IMG/VR virus record: IMGVR_UViG_3300044712_001937
Coordinates: 124,001-188,000 of that record
Length of the DNA stretch: 64,000 nt
Reading direction: 5' to 3' (one strand)
Both the position numbers and the translations under genes were made by a program. Each line of letters starts with the position of its first letter. Within the stretch, counting starts at the first letter, position 1. Below are positions 47,505 through 59,156 of this stretch, piece by piece. The notes under the pieces were generated by a model. It was not told the origin of the DNA, made no database searches, and worked only from the letters and a program-made list of their open reading frames with translations.

Positions 47505-48569
47505 ATGAGCAAACCTATACTTGAATTCAATGCCAAATATAAAAAAGGCGTATTCGCAAATACTGAAGATATTTATAATCTGTTTAAAAATTATAGAGAT
47601 AGAATAACTGTCGAACTAAAAGAAAAAGGTGTGTATAACGACAATACCGAAAGATTAGTTATCGAAATAAAAGTTAAACCCAAACCAGAAAATAATTCTG
47701 ATACTAAACCAGATGTTAAACCTAAAATAAAATCTGAATGCCCTAAAAGTCCTAATGGTAAACATGAATATATCTTAGCTCCAGATAGCTTCGATTTACC
47801 ATTCTGTAAACATTGCTATAAATCAAACTAAAATAATTAAAAATTACAATCCTATGACAACTAAACAAAAAATTAAAGAAGCTATTTCTCTTATCAATTG
47901 GTGGTTAATTGCAATAATGTCCATAATTATGAACGCAGCATTAATATGTGATAAATCAAATAATAATTTATTCATATTCTTAAAATATAATTTCATATTT
48001 ATATTCATAGTTATTATTATGATTCTTGATAGATACATGAATATAGATTTAAGAGAAAATAAGAAAAATCTTAAATCTAAACATAATTGCAGTTGTAATA
48101 ACTGTAGTTGTAATGATGAAAATAATACTAAAATAGGAGGAAATAATAATCCTGATGATGTATTACTATAAACTAATATTCTAAAATAAATATAACATAA
48201 TATAATATTCTAATGGAAGAAACTATTGAAGCACTAACTAATATTGAGGATTTCGACATTATCGAAAAAACTCAAGAACTCTATGATAAAATCGGTGATG
48301 ATTTAAGTATTGAGAAAATTATTAGCTTAAAACCTGATATCAATATAATTTCTAACGAATGTAAGAAATTCAAAATGTTCGATAACGCTAAAGATAAATA
48401 TGAAGAATTTATAAAATCAATTGACGAAATTGAAGATAAAAATTCAAGACTTATCGCAGCTTGGAATCATATGGATGATAGAATGACTAATGCACCAACA
48501 AGTCTACATTTTAGAGGCGCAATTATCCTAACATTACCAATTTTAGACTATGTGTTAGAATCTTTTTAA
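47505..48569 (+). CDS. Three small hypothetical genes (47505-47831, 47854-48171, 48213-48569)
   Basis: Adjacent ORFs. Confidence 0.55.
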
Positions 48570-48679
48570 AAACAAACCTAAATATAAACCATTCTAAAAC
48601 TAAACTTAAATTTATAAAACATATAATTATATATCTATCACAGCTTTGGACGAGCTTCGTAAAATCCACAACAAATAAT

Positions 48680-48823
48680 ATGGAAGGACAAGAATTATTA
48701 AACGCTATCTCCACACTATCGGCAAGCTTAGACCCAATAATGAGAGCAAGTAAAGTTAACGATACAGCTAATGTTGATATCGTGGTTGCAAAAATTATTG
48801 AATTGGTTAAGAAAGTTAAATAA
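48680..48823 (+). CDS. Small hypothetical protein (47 aa)
   Basis: MEGQELLNAISTLSASLDPIMRAS...KKVK*. Confidence 0.5.
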   Translation: MEGQELLNAISTLSASLDPIMRASKVNDTANVDIVVAKIIELVKKVK

Positions 48824-49044
48824 AAAGTGTAAACCATATCATATAATTTAGATATGGTATGGTTTTATATTTGTTTTACTTAAATCAATACTTTAGATTT
48901 AGGAGTTTAACTATCTGATTTTTAATTTTCTAAAAAAATTTTTTAAAAAAAATTTGACTTTATAATTCTAAAGGCAGGAAAATATTCTCAGATTTTAAAA
49001 AAAATTTTCTAAAAAATAATCACTTCTGTGGTACTATGCATGTT

Positions 49045-49120
49045 GCACCCCCAGCCCTAAAAGGGGGTAGGTAGAGGGGGGGAGAGGGGGAGGGATACGG
49101 AGGGGAGTAGTGGTGTGGGT
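49045..49120 (+). other. G-rich island (G-quadruplex potential) in long intergenic region
   Basis: Runs of G5, G7, G5, G3, G4 in an otherwise very AT-rich genome. Confidence 0.7.
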
Positions 49121-49242
49121 TACACACTTCTAATCTTCTGAATCTCGCACAGTTCTAACCCTGTAGCATTTAGATAATAAGAAATAACTCTATGTTGTAG
49201 TATTCATAAGCATTTAGATTAAATTAATAATTATCTAACATG

Positions 49243-49280
49243 TTTTATCTAAATAGATTTATCTAAATAGATTTATCTAA
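49243..49280. repeat. 14-nt tandem repeat (TTTATCTAAATAGA, about 2.6 copies)
   Basis: Direct inspection; TTATCTAA/TTAGATAA also at 49171 and 49231. Confidence 0.7.
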
Positions 49281-49451
49281 GTTGTTTTATTTAACATGCT
49301 TTTTTTGCCTATTTTAAAGACTATATTTAAACGCATGTATTAAATGGATACTTTACATTACTTTAGTATAAATCTTTCACTATATTTATAAGATTATTAT
49401 AAGAAACAAAAAAAGGAAGTATTAATATACTTCCTTTTTTGTTGGTTAGGT

Positions 49452-50069
49452 TTAACCAAGTATTAAGGTTTGACCATCAATTTTAAATTGCTCCAAATTT
49501 TCAACTATAAAAGTTCTAAATTTATCACTTCGTAAATCCAATTCTTTTTTGATTGTGTTTTTTGCGATAGTTTTTGCGGAGCTGTTAACGGTTTTATATT
49601 CTCCTTTAACCTTTACAGTTTTTCTTACACTTTGCCCGAAAATGTGTAAAGCTCCAGTCTCTTTATGTATGCGAAGGGCAGGGGTGACGTTTATATATGC
49701 GTCAGTCTGTGCAATGCTTTGAGCTGTGCGGTCTTCGAGCTTTTCAGATAAGTTTTTTATTGCACTGTTGACCATTTCAGATAATGCAACTTTGCAAACT
49801 TCAATATTAACCTTACATTTTTCGGAAATAGCTTTAAGGTCTGCATCTGTGCAGGATTGCAAACGTTTTAAATCGGTTTCTTTGGCATTTTTAACAGATA
49901 GGTTAATATTAATAACATAGTCGGAAATTTCACCTGTAGACTGTGAAATATAATTCGACAAGTTAATAAATGTAACGCCCTTAACATTAAAAAAGGCAGT
50001 AAAGAAAGTTTTTAAACTTGTAAGGTTAGCAACCTGTAAGTTAAATAAGAAAGATAATAAGTTTTTCAT
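49452..50069 (-). CDS. Hypothetical phage protein
   Basis: KGEYKTVNSSAKTIAK; preceded by TAAC-N16-CGTT on minus strand. Confidence 0.75.
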   Translation of the reverse strand: MKNLLSFLFNLQVANLTSLKTFFTAFFNVKGVTFINLSNYISQSTGEISDYVININLSVKNAKETDLKRLQSCTDADLKAISEKCKVNIEVCKVALSEMVNSAIKNLSEKLEDRTAQSIAQTDAYINVTPALRIHKETGALHIFGQSVRKTVKVKGEYKTVNSSAKTIAKNTIKKELDLRSDKFRTFIVENLEQFKIDGQTLILG

Positions 50070-50269
50070 GTTGTTAATATTTATTTGGTTTGTATCTATA
50101 TAAACGTAAAAAAACAATTTAGGTTATCTTTTTTATAAGTTTTTTAAATAAAACTTGTTTATTTAGAATGAATATTAATAGTAACTTTTTAATTAAAAAA
50201 TGTAACCTTTTTTTAAATTTGGGGTATACTTATACAAATAACACACTTTTTAATTTAAATCTTTACATT

Positions 50270-50938
50270 ATGAAAACTTCTGTTAAATACAACAAATCAA
50301 ACGTATTAAAAAATGCTTGGTCTATACTTCGCAAGTCTAACAACCTAAAGAGCTGGTCAGACTGCATGAAAGATGCATGGAATATAGAAAAGAATGGTTT
50401 TTCTGATATTTCAATCAGTACCATATATAATAAGTATTTTAAACAGATATTTAACTATGTTTTAAATAAGATACATAAATACGAAATTGCGCAGGAAATA
50501 ACTCAGGATATTTTTCTTAAAGTAAATGAACATATCAATAATTATGATGTTGACAGAGCAAGTTTAAAGACTTGGATTTATAAAATTGCAAACAATAAAG
50601 TTATTGATTATTGGAGAAGTTTAGAAAACAGAACCAAAGATTTAAAAACGCAAATATCAGATTTTCAGGATGAGAACGGCAAAGAATATTTTCAAATTGC
50701 TGATAATTCAGATATTGAAACCTATACCAATGGAATAGAGATAAATGAGGCTGTAAGTTTGGCATTATCAAACCTTAAACCTGAATATCGTAAAATTGCG
50801 GAATTATGTTTTATTGAGGGTTTAAAATATAACGAAATATCTGAAAAGTTGAATATCCCAATGGGTACGGTAAAAGGCAATATTAACCGTATTAGGGCAA
50901 TGTTACAAGAAAGTTTACAATCAGTATATCAAAATTAA
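50270..50938 (+). CDS. ECF-family RNA polymerase sigma factor with short N-terminal extra domain
   Basis: AQEITQDIFLK, KTWIYKIANNKVIDYWR (region 2); LKYNEISEKLNIPMGTVK..INR.R (region 4). Confidence 0.92.
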   Translation: MKTSVKYNKSNVLKNAWSILRKSNNLKSWSDCMKDAWNIEKNGFSDISISTIYNKYFKQIFNYVLNKIHKYEIAQEITQDIFLKVNEHINNYDVDRASLKTWIYKIANNKVIDYWRSLENRTKDLKTQISDFQDENGKEYFQIADNSDIETYTNGIEINEAVSLALSNLKPEYRKIAELCFIEGLKYNEISEKLNIPMGTVKGNINRIRAMLQESLQSVYQN

Positions 50939-51018
50939 AAACGTTTAAATTTGGGGTTTAAATACCCCAAATTTTAAATGTACAATGTATAAGTATAAAC
51001 CAAATAAACAATATAGCA

Positions 51019-51273
51019 ATGAAAACATTTAACCGTACAAGTTTACCGATGACAATTAAATATAATAAAAGGATATACACCCGTAACGATACCGAAAGCA
51101 GTTTATTAATGCAGGGTATTAGTTTAAATTCGTACATTAATTGTATGAAGTTAGCAGGTAGGAAAGTAATTTTGTGTAATGTACTAAGTAGAAACTTAAA
51201 AGGTAAAACAGATTTACATGGGCAACCTTATAAACCTACGCAATGGGTTTTTATACACAAACCTGTTAAATAG
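51019..51273 (+). CDS. Hypothetical protein
   Basis: ORF. Confidence 0.6.
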   Translation: MKTFNRTSLPMTIKYNKRIYTRNDTESSLLMQGISLNSYINCMKLAGRKVILCNVLSRNLKGKTDLHGQPYKPTQWVFIHKPVK

Positions 51274-51378
51274 AACCTATAAAATAAATCATATATTAAT
51301 TTATAATATATGGTTTATTTTGTAACAATTTTAATTAAAAAACGTATACTAATATACAAACCATAACAAACAAGACAA

Positions 51379-51645
51379 ATGAAAAATTCAGTAGTTGTAA
51401 ATTGCTCAAATGGTATAGTACGCCCATTACATGAAATAGCAAGTGAAATCCGTAAAGATTGGAAAAACGTTTATTTCGGTGCAGTTCCATACTTAGATGC
51501 AATGCGAAGTTTGGATAAGATAACCGATAACTACGGCATGGATAGTGCAAAGGATATTGTACTGTATTTTCTTTCCAATGCTTCAACTTGGAGAGGTGAC
51601 AATGCCAAACGTATTAAAGCAGAATTAAAGACAATGACAAAATAA
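51379..51645 (+). CDS. Conserved phage hypothetical protein
   Basis: RPLHEIASEIRKDW..VYFGAVPYLDAM...YFLSNA.TWRG..A..IKAEL. Confidence 0.8.
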   Translation: MKNSVVVNCSNGIVRPLHEIASEIRKDWKNVYFGAVPYLDAMRSLDKITDNYGMDSAKDIVLYFLSNASTWRGDNAKRIKAELKTMTK

Positions 51646-51814
51646 AGAAGTGTTTATTTAATGTAAAGTAAAAAGAGGTTGCAGGGATGCACCCTCTTTT
51701 TTTGTTTATACAATGTTCATATACATACATTTTTTAATTAAAAAGTTTAAATGTTTGTAACAATCTTAATTAAAAACCGTATACTAATGTACAAACCAAA
51801 TAAATATTAAGACA

Positions 51815-52375
51815 ATGACAAATTTAATTATCTCTATTACAAGCATTGAAGAAAAAAATTCAATTGAACAAGCTGGTTGTATTCTTTACAATGAAAAAAA
51901 AGGTACTTATTTACTACCTACCGATGCAATAGGTATTGATTTAAAAGGTTATTCAATTATTAATCGAAGTAGTTTATCTATTGAAGTTAAACAACCTGAA
52001 AAAAATAATGCCGAAAAGAGAAAAGAAAAGGAAATCAGAGTATATCAAAAACTTATTTCTCAGGGTTACACAAAGAAAGATTTAAGTAAATGGAATTTTT
52101 TTGATGTTAATCTGAAAGTTGTTTCTATTGAAGAAATTTCTTCAAATAAGATTGAGGAATGTTTAATTGCAACAAGCCACAAAGATTTAAAGAATGTTAT
52201 AATTAAACACATCTCAACCCGTAGCAACAGTAAAACCTTAAAATCTGCCTTAAAAATAGGTCAAACTGTTACCGCCAAAGTGTTAAGTTTAGAAGAACCA
52301 GAAACAAAGGTTGCAATAGGGATTAAACTATATAAACCTGAATATATTGCAAGTAAATACTTGCGGTTAAAATAA
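51815..52375 (+). CDS. Hypothetical protein
   Basis: ORF in promoter cassette. Confidence 0.7.
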   Translation: MTNLIISITSIEEKNSIEQAGCILYNEKKGTYLLPTDAIGIDLKGYSIINRSSLSIEVKQPEKNNAEKRKEKEIRVYQKLISQGYTKKDLSKWNFFDVNLKVVSIEEISSNKIEECLIATSHKDLKNVIIKHISTRSNSKTLKSALKIGQTVTAKVLSLEEPETKVAIGIKLYKPEYIASKYLRLK

Positions 52376-52490
52376 TAAAATTAGGTAAATTAAAACCCGT
52401 ATAGTAATGTACGGGTTTTTTTGTTTATATATGTAACAATCTTAATTAAAAACCGTAAACTAATGTACAAACCAAATAAATATTAAGACA

Positions 52491-52685
52491 ATGAGTAACG
52501 AAAACAAAACATATATAGGAACTTACAAAGTTGTGAAGTTCTTTAAGGTTTCAGGTAGAAGACAAATATTAAGACGTGGGTTAAGTTTGGAAGAGGCAAA
52601 GAGAGTAGTTAATACTTATCCAGATTCTAATCGTAGTCTGGTAGGTTTTACTAAACAATTCAGTGCCAATAAGTATTTTGTATAA
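52491..52685 (+). CDS. Small phage protein
   Basis: YKVVKFF...RGLSLEEAK. Confidence 0.7.
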   Translation: MSNENKTYIGTYKVVKFFKVSGRRQILRRGLSLEEAKRVVNTYPDSNRSLVGFTKQFSANKYFV

Positions 52686-52767
52686 TGTACTTTTTTAATT
52701 AAAAACCTGTAACATCTTACAGGTTTTTTCGTATATAGATATATATATAACCATAACAATTACGACA

Positions 52768-53211
52768 ATGATTGAAAAGATTAAGAACATATTGGACGAA
52801 GTTTTACCCGCTAATGCTTTTAGATATGTAGGTTTAAGTTCAGGTAGTTTTGGCGGTGACTATATTAAAATCGGTATTGCTGCAAGTGATTTAAATATTC
52901 ACCAAGTAGCAGGACAAAAACCGCAATTAGTTTCTTTAATGTTGCATTTGGACGATATGGAATTGCATCCCCAATGTTTTGGCGGTAATGGTGGGCAAAG
53001 CATATACAGAATGCCAAATTTGGAGCTAAGAGAAGAAAAGTATTTAGCCATGAAGAACGTAAAAATACCATTCAGGCAACCAAAGAGAGAAGAAAAATTT
53101 ATCTTAGCTACAATACGCAAATTTGCCGAAAATTGGCTGCAAGCATTAAAAGATAATAAAGAGGTTTTAATGTATCAAGACTTGGTAAACTACGATGCAA
53201 TATTAAGCTAA
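52768..53211 (+). CDS. Hypothetical protein
   Basis: ORF in promoter cassette. Confidence 0.7.
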   Translation: MIEKIKNILDEVLPANAFRYVGLSSGSFGGDYIKIGIAASDLNIHQVAGQKPQLVSLMLHLDDMELHPQCFGGNGGQSIYRMPNLELREEKYLAMKNVKIPFRQPKREEKFILATIRKFAENWLQALKDNKEVLMYQDLVNYDAILS

Positions 53212-53294
53212 GACTAACCAACAATTTTAATTAAAAACCGTGTAACATTTGCACGGTTTTTTCGTATATAGATATAACCAATAGTATTAAGACA

Positions 53295-53561
53295 ATGAGA
53301 ACAATTGACAAAATAATAACCAAAGTGAATGGTAGATATGGTGCTCCAATGGGCAGGTCTAATGTTATCCCAGAACCAAGTGAGACTATAAATGGGAAAC
53401 CACATTATAAAATTGTTGGTAAGGTTTTTGATTGTAAAGTACCAATGTGCAATGATGGTGCTTATGACAAAGGAGGTGCTTATTGGGGTATAGGTTCAAC
53501 TTTAAGAGTTAAGTATAATAAAGATTTAACATATATTGAGTTTTATAGAAGTGATTATTAA
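53295..53561 (+). CDS. Conserved phage hypothetical protein
   Basis: RYGAPMGR...GAYDKGGAYWG. Confidence 0.75.
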   Translation: MRTIDKIITKVNGRYGAPMGRSNVIPEPSETINGKPHYKIVGKVFDCKVPMCNDGAYDKGGAYWGIGSTLRVKYNKDLTYIEFYRSDY

Positions 53562-53578
53562 CCAATAACATTAAGACA

Positions 53579-54099
53579 ATGAAACCAATATTAATAAAGT
53601 ACAATATTTCTGAAAATAGAGCGCAAGAAATTGCGGACGAATTAAGTGAGATTAAAGATTTTTCAATTCTTTCATCTATAACAACCATTAAGGATAATGT
53701 ACAAAAACATTTGGGGTTAATAGCTAAGAATGAAATTGATTTTATTAATGAAGTTTGCGAAGTAGCATATAATTGCAAAGGTTTATACTTGTAACAAACT
53801 TTAATTAATAACTGTAACAATTGTACTAACTTTTCGTATACTAATGTACAAACCAAATAAATATTACGACAATGGCAGAGTATAAAGTAAGTCTGGAAAT
53901 TCAGCTCGATGCTAAAAATCCATTAGAAGCTGCAAAAACTTTTGAATCTTGGATTAAAGAAGTAGGTGAACATTTTCAATACCATGTACAAGAAGAAAAT
54001 ACTCCTGAAATCTTTTCAGTTGACTTGAATGAAGAAGATGAGGATGCAGTATTACCAGTAAAACCGGAGGATTATAATCCTATCATTTGTAAAATCTAA
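53579..54099 (+). CDS. Two small hypothetical genes (53579-53794, 53872-54099)
   Basis: ORFs with shared 5' UTR ending GACAATG. Confidence 0.65.
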
Positions 54100-54431
54100 T
54101 GTACAATTTTTAATTAAAAAAATGTAACATCTTTCAGGTTTTTTTCTATACTAATGTACAAACCAATAAATAATAACAATTTAAATTTAATGCCATGAGT
54201 AAAACATTTAAAGACGTTAAGAAGTATTATAACGGTAAAGAAAGTATTAACAATCGCAAACAGCAAAGAACTCTAAAACAAATGAGTCAATACGCTGGTA
54301 TTGGGATTGAAAGAGAGTAAAACAAATAAACAAAATTAAGGGAGATTATCTCCCTTTTTTTTATTTAAAATAGGTAACAATTTTAATTAAAAAACGTATA
54401 CCTATATACAAACCAAATAAATATTACGACA

Positions 54432-54719
54432 ATGGAAGCAATTGATAATTATGTAAAGGAAATACAAGAAGCACAAATTAAAGATTGGAATAGGCATGGT
54501 TTTACATTACCTCATCCAATTATATCAATGACTAAAGGTCAAAAGTTTTATAAAATATACATCACTACATTTGGAAGTAAAGCAATTCATTGCTTTGTCG
54601 ATTTTGATGGTAATATCTTTAAAGCTGCCAGTTTAAATGCACCAGCTAAAGGTATAAGAGGGAATATCAATAATGAGAAGAAACCTTTATTATGTGGTGA
54701 TTTTTATAGATACAGGTAA
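54432..54719 (+). CDS. Conserved phage hypothetical protein
   Basis: HCFVD..GNIFKAAS.NAPAKGIRGNI. Confidence 0.75.
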   Translation: MEAIDNYVKEIQEAQIKDWNRHGFTLPHPIISMTKGQKFYKIYITTFGSKAIHCFVDFDGNIFKAASLNAPAKGIRGNINNEKKPLLCGDFYRYR

Positions 54720-54768
54720 CAATTTTAATTAAAATACGTATATCAATATACAATCAATAATTAAGACA

Positions 54769-54984
54769 ATGAATGAAGTAAGAGCAAAAATAGTGGTGAT
54801 GTCGCATTTATCCGATGCAGGTTTTGAAGTAAATGTAAATCCAATACAGGCACAAAAACGAATTGAATTTGCAAAGTTTATTATCTTAAAAGTAAAAGGA
54901 GATTTAAACCTAATGATTGACCCAACTAAATTATGGGATGAGTTTATGGGTATATCAATACTAAAGTCAGGAAAGGGAGAATAA
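54769..54984 (+). CDS. Hypothetical protein
   Basis: VMSHLSDA motif. Confidence 0.65.
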   Translation: MNEVRAKIVVMSHLSDAGFEVNVNPIQAQKRIEFAKFIILKVKGDLNLMIDPTKLWDEFMGISILKSGKGE

Positions 54985-55042
54985 TTCTCCCTTTTTTAAT
55001 TAAAAAATGTAACAATAATAAAACATTTACGTATAATATAGT

Positions 55043-55082
55043 AGGCAGGGTGAAACTTGGGTGCGGTAATCCGACCCTGCCT
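55043..55082 (+). ncRNA. Small hairpin RNA, copy 1
   Basis: aggcagggt-gaaacttgggtgcggtaatccg-accctgcct directly after ECF promoter. Confidence 0.55.
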
Positions 55083-55211
55083 TTATGTTTGCTTATTTAG
55101 ATTTAGTTTAAATAAAGTTTGTGATAATTTTAATTAAAAAAGTTTATATTTGTATAACAATTTTAATTAAAAAACGTATTACTATATATAAACCAAATAA
55201 AATAAAATATT

Positions 55212-56108
55212 ATGGCAAGGATTAAAAAAGTTAAAATCGGAACAGAAGCACTCACATTAAGTGAATTACTGTTTAAGGTTGAAATGAGGGATAATCCACG
55301 TAGAACAAACAGCGAATATTCAAAAGTCGTTGTAGGTACTATTTTTCAGGATGATTTTAGAGGTGAATTAGAAGTTGATTTAAACTACTGTTCACCACGT
55401 TATGAACTTGTTCCTAACAGTGAAATATTTCCAGAAATCAAACGTGTATTAAACGAAAATGAGGTTGAATATACAGTAACATATTCGCACCTTAATTTTG
55501 CCCGTTTTTACGTTGACTACGTAATAACTGACGCTCGATATGCTTACAGGATTAAAAGCAGTAAAGGCGATATTATTCAACCTATGCTTAGAGTTCAGCA
55601 CTCTTACAATGGTTTAACTAAGTATAAAATCACTTTCGGATATTTCCGTTTGGTTTGTACCAATGGCTTATCTATTCCAGTTCAAGAAATGAACGAATTC
55701 AATTTATGTATCGTTGGTAAACATACTGATTCGATTAAACACTCATTCAAAAAATTGGATGTTATGTTGAAGTTGTTTGTTAACGATGCAAAGCAAATTA
55801 CTGAAAGTATTACAGCTAAATATGAATTACTTGGCGGTCGCATGATTACTAATGTAGAAGACCGTATAACTGAGGTTTTAGAAGCCTCTGGTATCATTGC
55901 AGTTGAAACCAAAGGGTTTAACAGCGTTGAGGATATTAAAACCCGTATAAATAAAGAAACATATTTGTACAATGGGCAAGTAAATGAATGGCTCATTTAT
56001 AATGGAATTAACTCATATATTAATGATGATTCCAGAAATATTGCAGCACCAGAGAAAAGGCAGGAAACTGATAGCAAGGTACTTGAATACATGCTCACTA
56101 CATGTTAA
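55212..56108 (+). CDS. DUF932-family protein
   Basis: YELVPN...HSYNG....ITFG.FRLVCTNGL. Confidence 0.8.
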   Translation: MARIKKVKIGTEALTLSELLFKVEMRDNPRRTNSEYSKVVVGTIFQDDFRGELEVDLNYCSPRYELVPNSEIFPEIKRVLNENEVEYTVTYSHLNFARFYVDYVITDARYAYRIKSSKGDIIQPMLRVQHSYNGLTKYKITFGYFRLVCTNGLSIPVQEMNEFNLCIVGKHTDSIKHSFKKLDVMLKLFVNDAKQITESITAKYELLGGRMITNVEDRITEVLEASGIIAVETKGFNSVEDIKTRINKETYLYNGQVNEWLIYNGINSYINDDSRNIAAPEKRQETDSKVLEYMLTTC

Positions 56109-56397
56109 ATAAAAGGGGTTAATCCCCATTTATTTTTAATATTAATTTGTATATTTGTACAAATTTCAAATTTCTATAAAGAGTGTGCTATCAGTTTAAC
56201 CAGAACTGGCACACTTTTTTTATTTAAAATAGTTTGTACAATCTATAACATTTTTAATTAAAAACCGTAAACTAATGTACTAAATTTACATTCGTCACTT
56301 AAAAAACCTGTTATGTCAAAAATGTAACAGGTTTTTTATTTTTACTTGCATTTGATTGTACATAATGTATTTTTGCTGTACTTATGTATAACCTAAA

Positions 56398-58567
56398 ATG
56401 AAGTACACAAATTATTTAATGAAATGTGACTATGTTAATTGTGAGAAAATTATTAACGATAGTCCTGAATATATGAAACCTATTACTGTTCCAATGTCCA
56501 TTATCGGTGCTGTTGGCGGTTTATGTATCATTGGTGGAATGTTCCCAATGACTTATATTATTGATACATTTCGCAATGTACGCTATCAATATTTAAGATA
56601 TTATAGAAAATCTCACCCATTTAAACAAATTAATTTGAATTGATTTTAATTAAAAACTGTAACATTAACAGTTTTATTTCGTATTATATTGTACAACCAA
56701 ATAAATAATACAACAATGAGAGCAGATATTTTAATCGAAAAATTTGAAAGACAAACAGCAGATTTATTAAATAAACAAACTGTTGAGATATTCAAAGAAC
56801 TGGTTTTATTATTTGGAGAAATGAAACAAGTTCAACCAAATTTAAAACGTTTATATATTGGTATGGGAACATACGCAATTGATGGTGATTATATTGTCGA
56901 ATATAATGATTTCGAAGACGAAAGTAATACCGATGAGATTATTGGTAAAATTGATGAAGAACTTGTAAGATACAAAGGTTTAGCCAAAAATAGCGATTTT
57001 TCTGAACAAATTAATGATTGTATTAATAATGATAATAATGCTATTTTTAACGCTTCAAACCATATGAATGAGGCATGTATTGAATTCGTTAAACTTTGTA
57101 ATTATATTCAAGAAATTAAAATGACTACATTATTTTCTGGTGTTAACGAAAATGGTGTGATTGTTGATTATGGTGCTGGTTCGCATTTAGATACTTATAT
57201 TGATGCTGTTGAAAGTTCAGAGGTTGAACTACTTGTTAAGAATAAAATTCCAATAATATTTCATCAAACACATTCAGAAGAGTATTATAAATATACTCAC
57301 CTAAAAGACTGATTTTAATTAAAAACCTTGCAACAATTGTGAGGTTTTTTCGTATATAAATGTACAACCAATAATTAAGACAATGACAAAGAAAGCATTT
57401 ATCGAATTAGCAAGCTATCACCAATACGGTAAACGTAATGAACGTGGTTTTATAGCTTTGTTCTTTGATTGGATGAGAGGTGATGATGGCGTTGGTTATA
57501 AATATTGTGTTTATGCCAGAGCTTTAAACTCAACAAAGAAAGAACTTATTGATGCATTATATAATGCAATTACCAAAGATGAGGATACTCCTTGGTATGT
57601 TCAAACAATTATTGCACAGGAAAATAAACAAAGATTTAAAGTTCCTATTGTTGCGAGTGGTTTATTTAATCTAATTAAACATAACTAATAGATTTAAACC
57701 TGCTTAGGCAGGTTTTTCTTTTTATAAAAAGAATGATATTTCTTATGTAATATTTTTATACGTTAGTCAACAATAAAAAACATTTATTAATTTCTTATGT
57801 ATATTTGTGGTATGTATATTAAACCTCATTAGTCTCATGGATAAATTATATGTTATAAATAAGAAACATTTAGATGATTTTAAAGGTTATACCGGAGAAT
57901 TAGTTATCATTGTTCATATACATAGTTTAGGGCATTGTACTATTGAAAGTACTTTAACAGGTCGATTATGGTATGCTGATATTGAGAATGATTTAGTTGA
58001 GGCTATTGAAGCTCAAAATAAAGAAGAAATATTTGAAGAAGTTTTGCAACAATTATTTTAATATATCGTATTATAATGTACAAAGATGTTAAACTAATAC
58101 ATATATAAAATGTGTAAAAATAATAAAGTTCAGCACAGATGGGAATCAATGAAAACTGAAAACCCAGCATTGTACAAGTTACTCAAAAGTAAAGTAAATA
58201 AGAAATAAGGTTGTCTATATTGTTATTTGGTTGTAGTCCTCCTGCTTGTCACAGGAGGATTTTTTTGTTTATATCTGTAACATTTTTAATTAAAATTCGT
58301 ATTACTATATACAAACCAATAATAAAGACAATGATTATTAAACCTGAAATTAAATATAAAGAATTTACTGTTTATCCTGATAACTATTTTGGATATTCCC
58401 TTTATGATAGAAATGGTAAATGGTGTCAATCTGCTACTAATATTGAATCATTAAAAGGTTCAGTAGAATGCATACTTTTAGCTGATATTGAATTAACACC
58501 TAATGAATATTGGAAAAGAAAAAATGCAATATTGAAAAAATATAACTTAATTTCTTGTAACAATTAA
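56398..58567 (+). CDS. Several hypothetical genes (56398-56643, 56716-57312, 57383-57688, 57837-58061, 58330-58567)
   Basis: ORFs, most behind ECF-type promoters. Confidence 0.6.
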
Positions 58568-58762
58568 AAACAAATTTCGTATATTTACATATCAGAAGCG
58601 ATTAAGAATCTGCTTCAAAACAAAGTAACTGGATTATAAACTTAAAATGCCAGAATTATGAAAAATGCCGTAAATTTAGCAGCTCCCACGAGGGGTACTC
58701 CCAAGTAGAAAAACTATATAATAATAATTAAATTCCGAATAAATAATAATTAGAAAGAAAAT

Positions 58763-59054
58763 AACTGTTCAGGATAAACCAAAAATAACTAAAAGATATG
58801 AAATCCTTGCAAGGTTAGTCTTTTTGGTTTTGACTACACAATCCGCACGCTTGGCTGTCTATATATTAAATGACTGCCTGTGCACCATATGAATGCCCGC
58901 CTTACGCTTATCCCTCCCGCATCCCTAACGGCTTGCAGGTGGCAACAGCGAGGCTGCAAAACTTGTCCGGATACATACACGGTGCGATAATATACCGCAA
59001 ACGATGGAGTAATCATTCCGGATGCCCGTAAATCAGTCAAATTCCTGAACAGTT
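58763..59054 (+). ncRNA. About 290-nt GC-rich structured RNA candidate
   Basis: 12-bp closing stem aactgttcagga/tcctgaacagtt with nested stems; promoter at 58556; terminator 59057-59091. Confidence 0.65.
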
Positions 59055-59156
59055 TTAGTCCCCTGACCATCGTGTGTGAGGGGATTTTTTTGTTTATATC
59101 TGTAACATTTTTAATTAAAATTCGTATACTAATATACAACCAATAAAAATAAGACA

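Noticed and set aside
58658-58708. tmRNA tag reading frame (…NLAA)
   Set aside because: LAA is not followed by a stop and there is no tRNA-like domain nearby.
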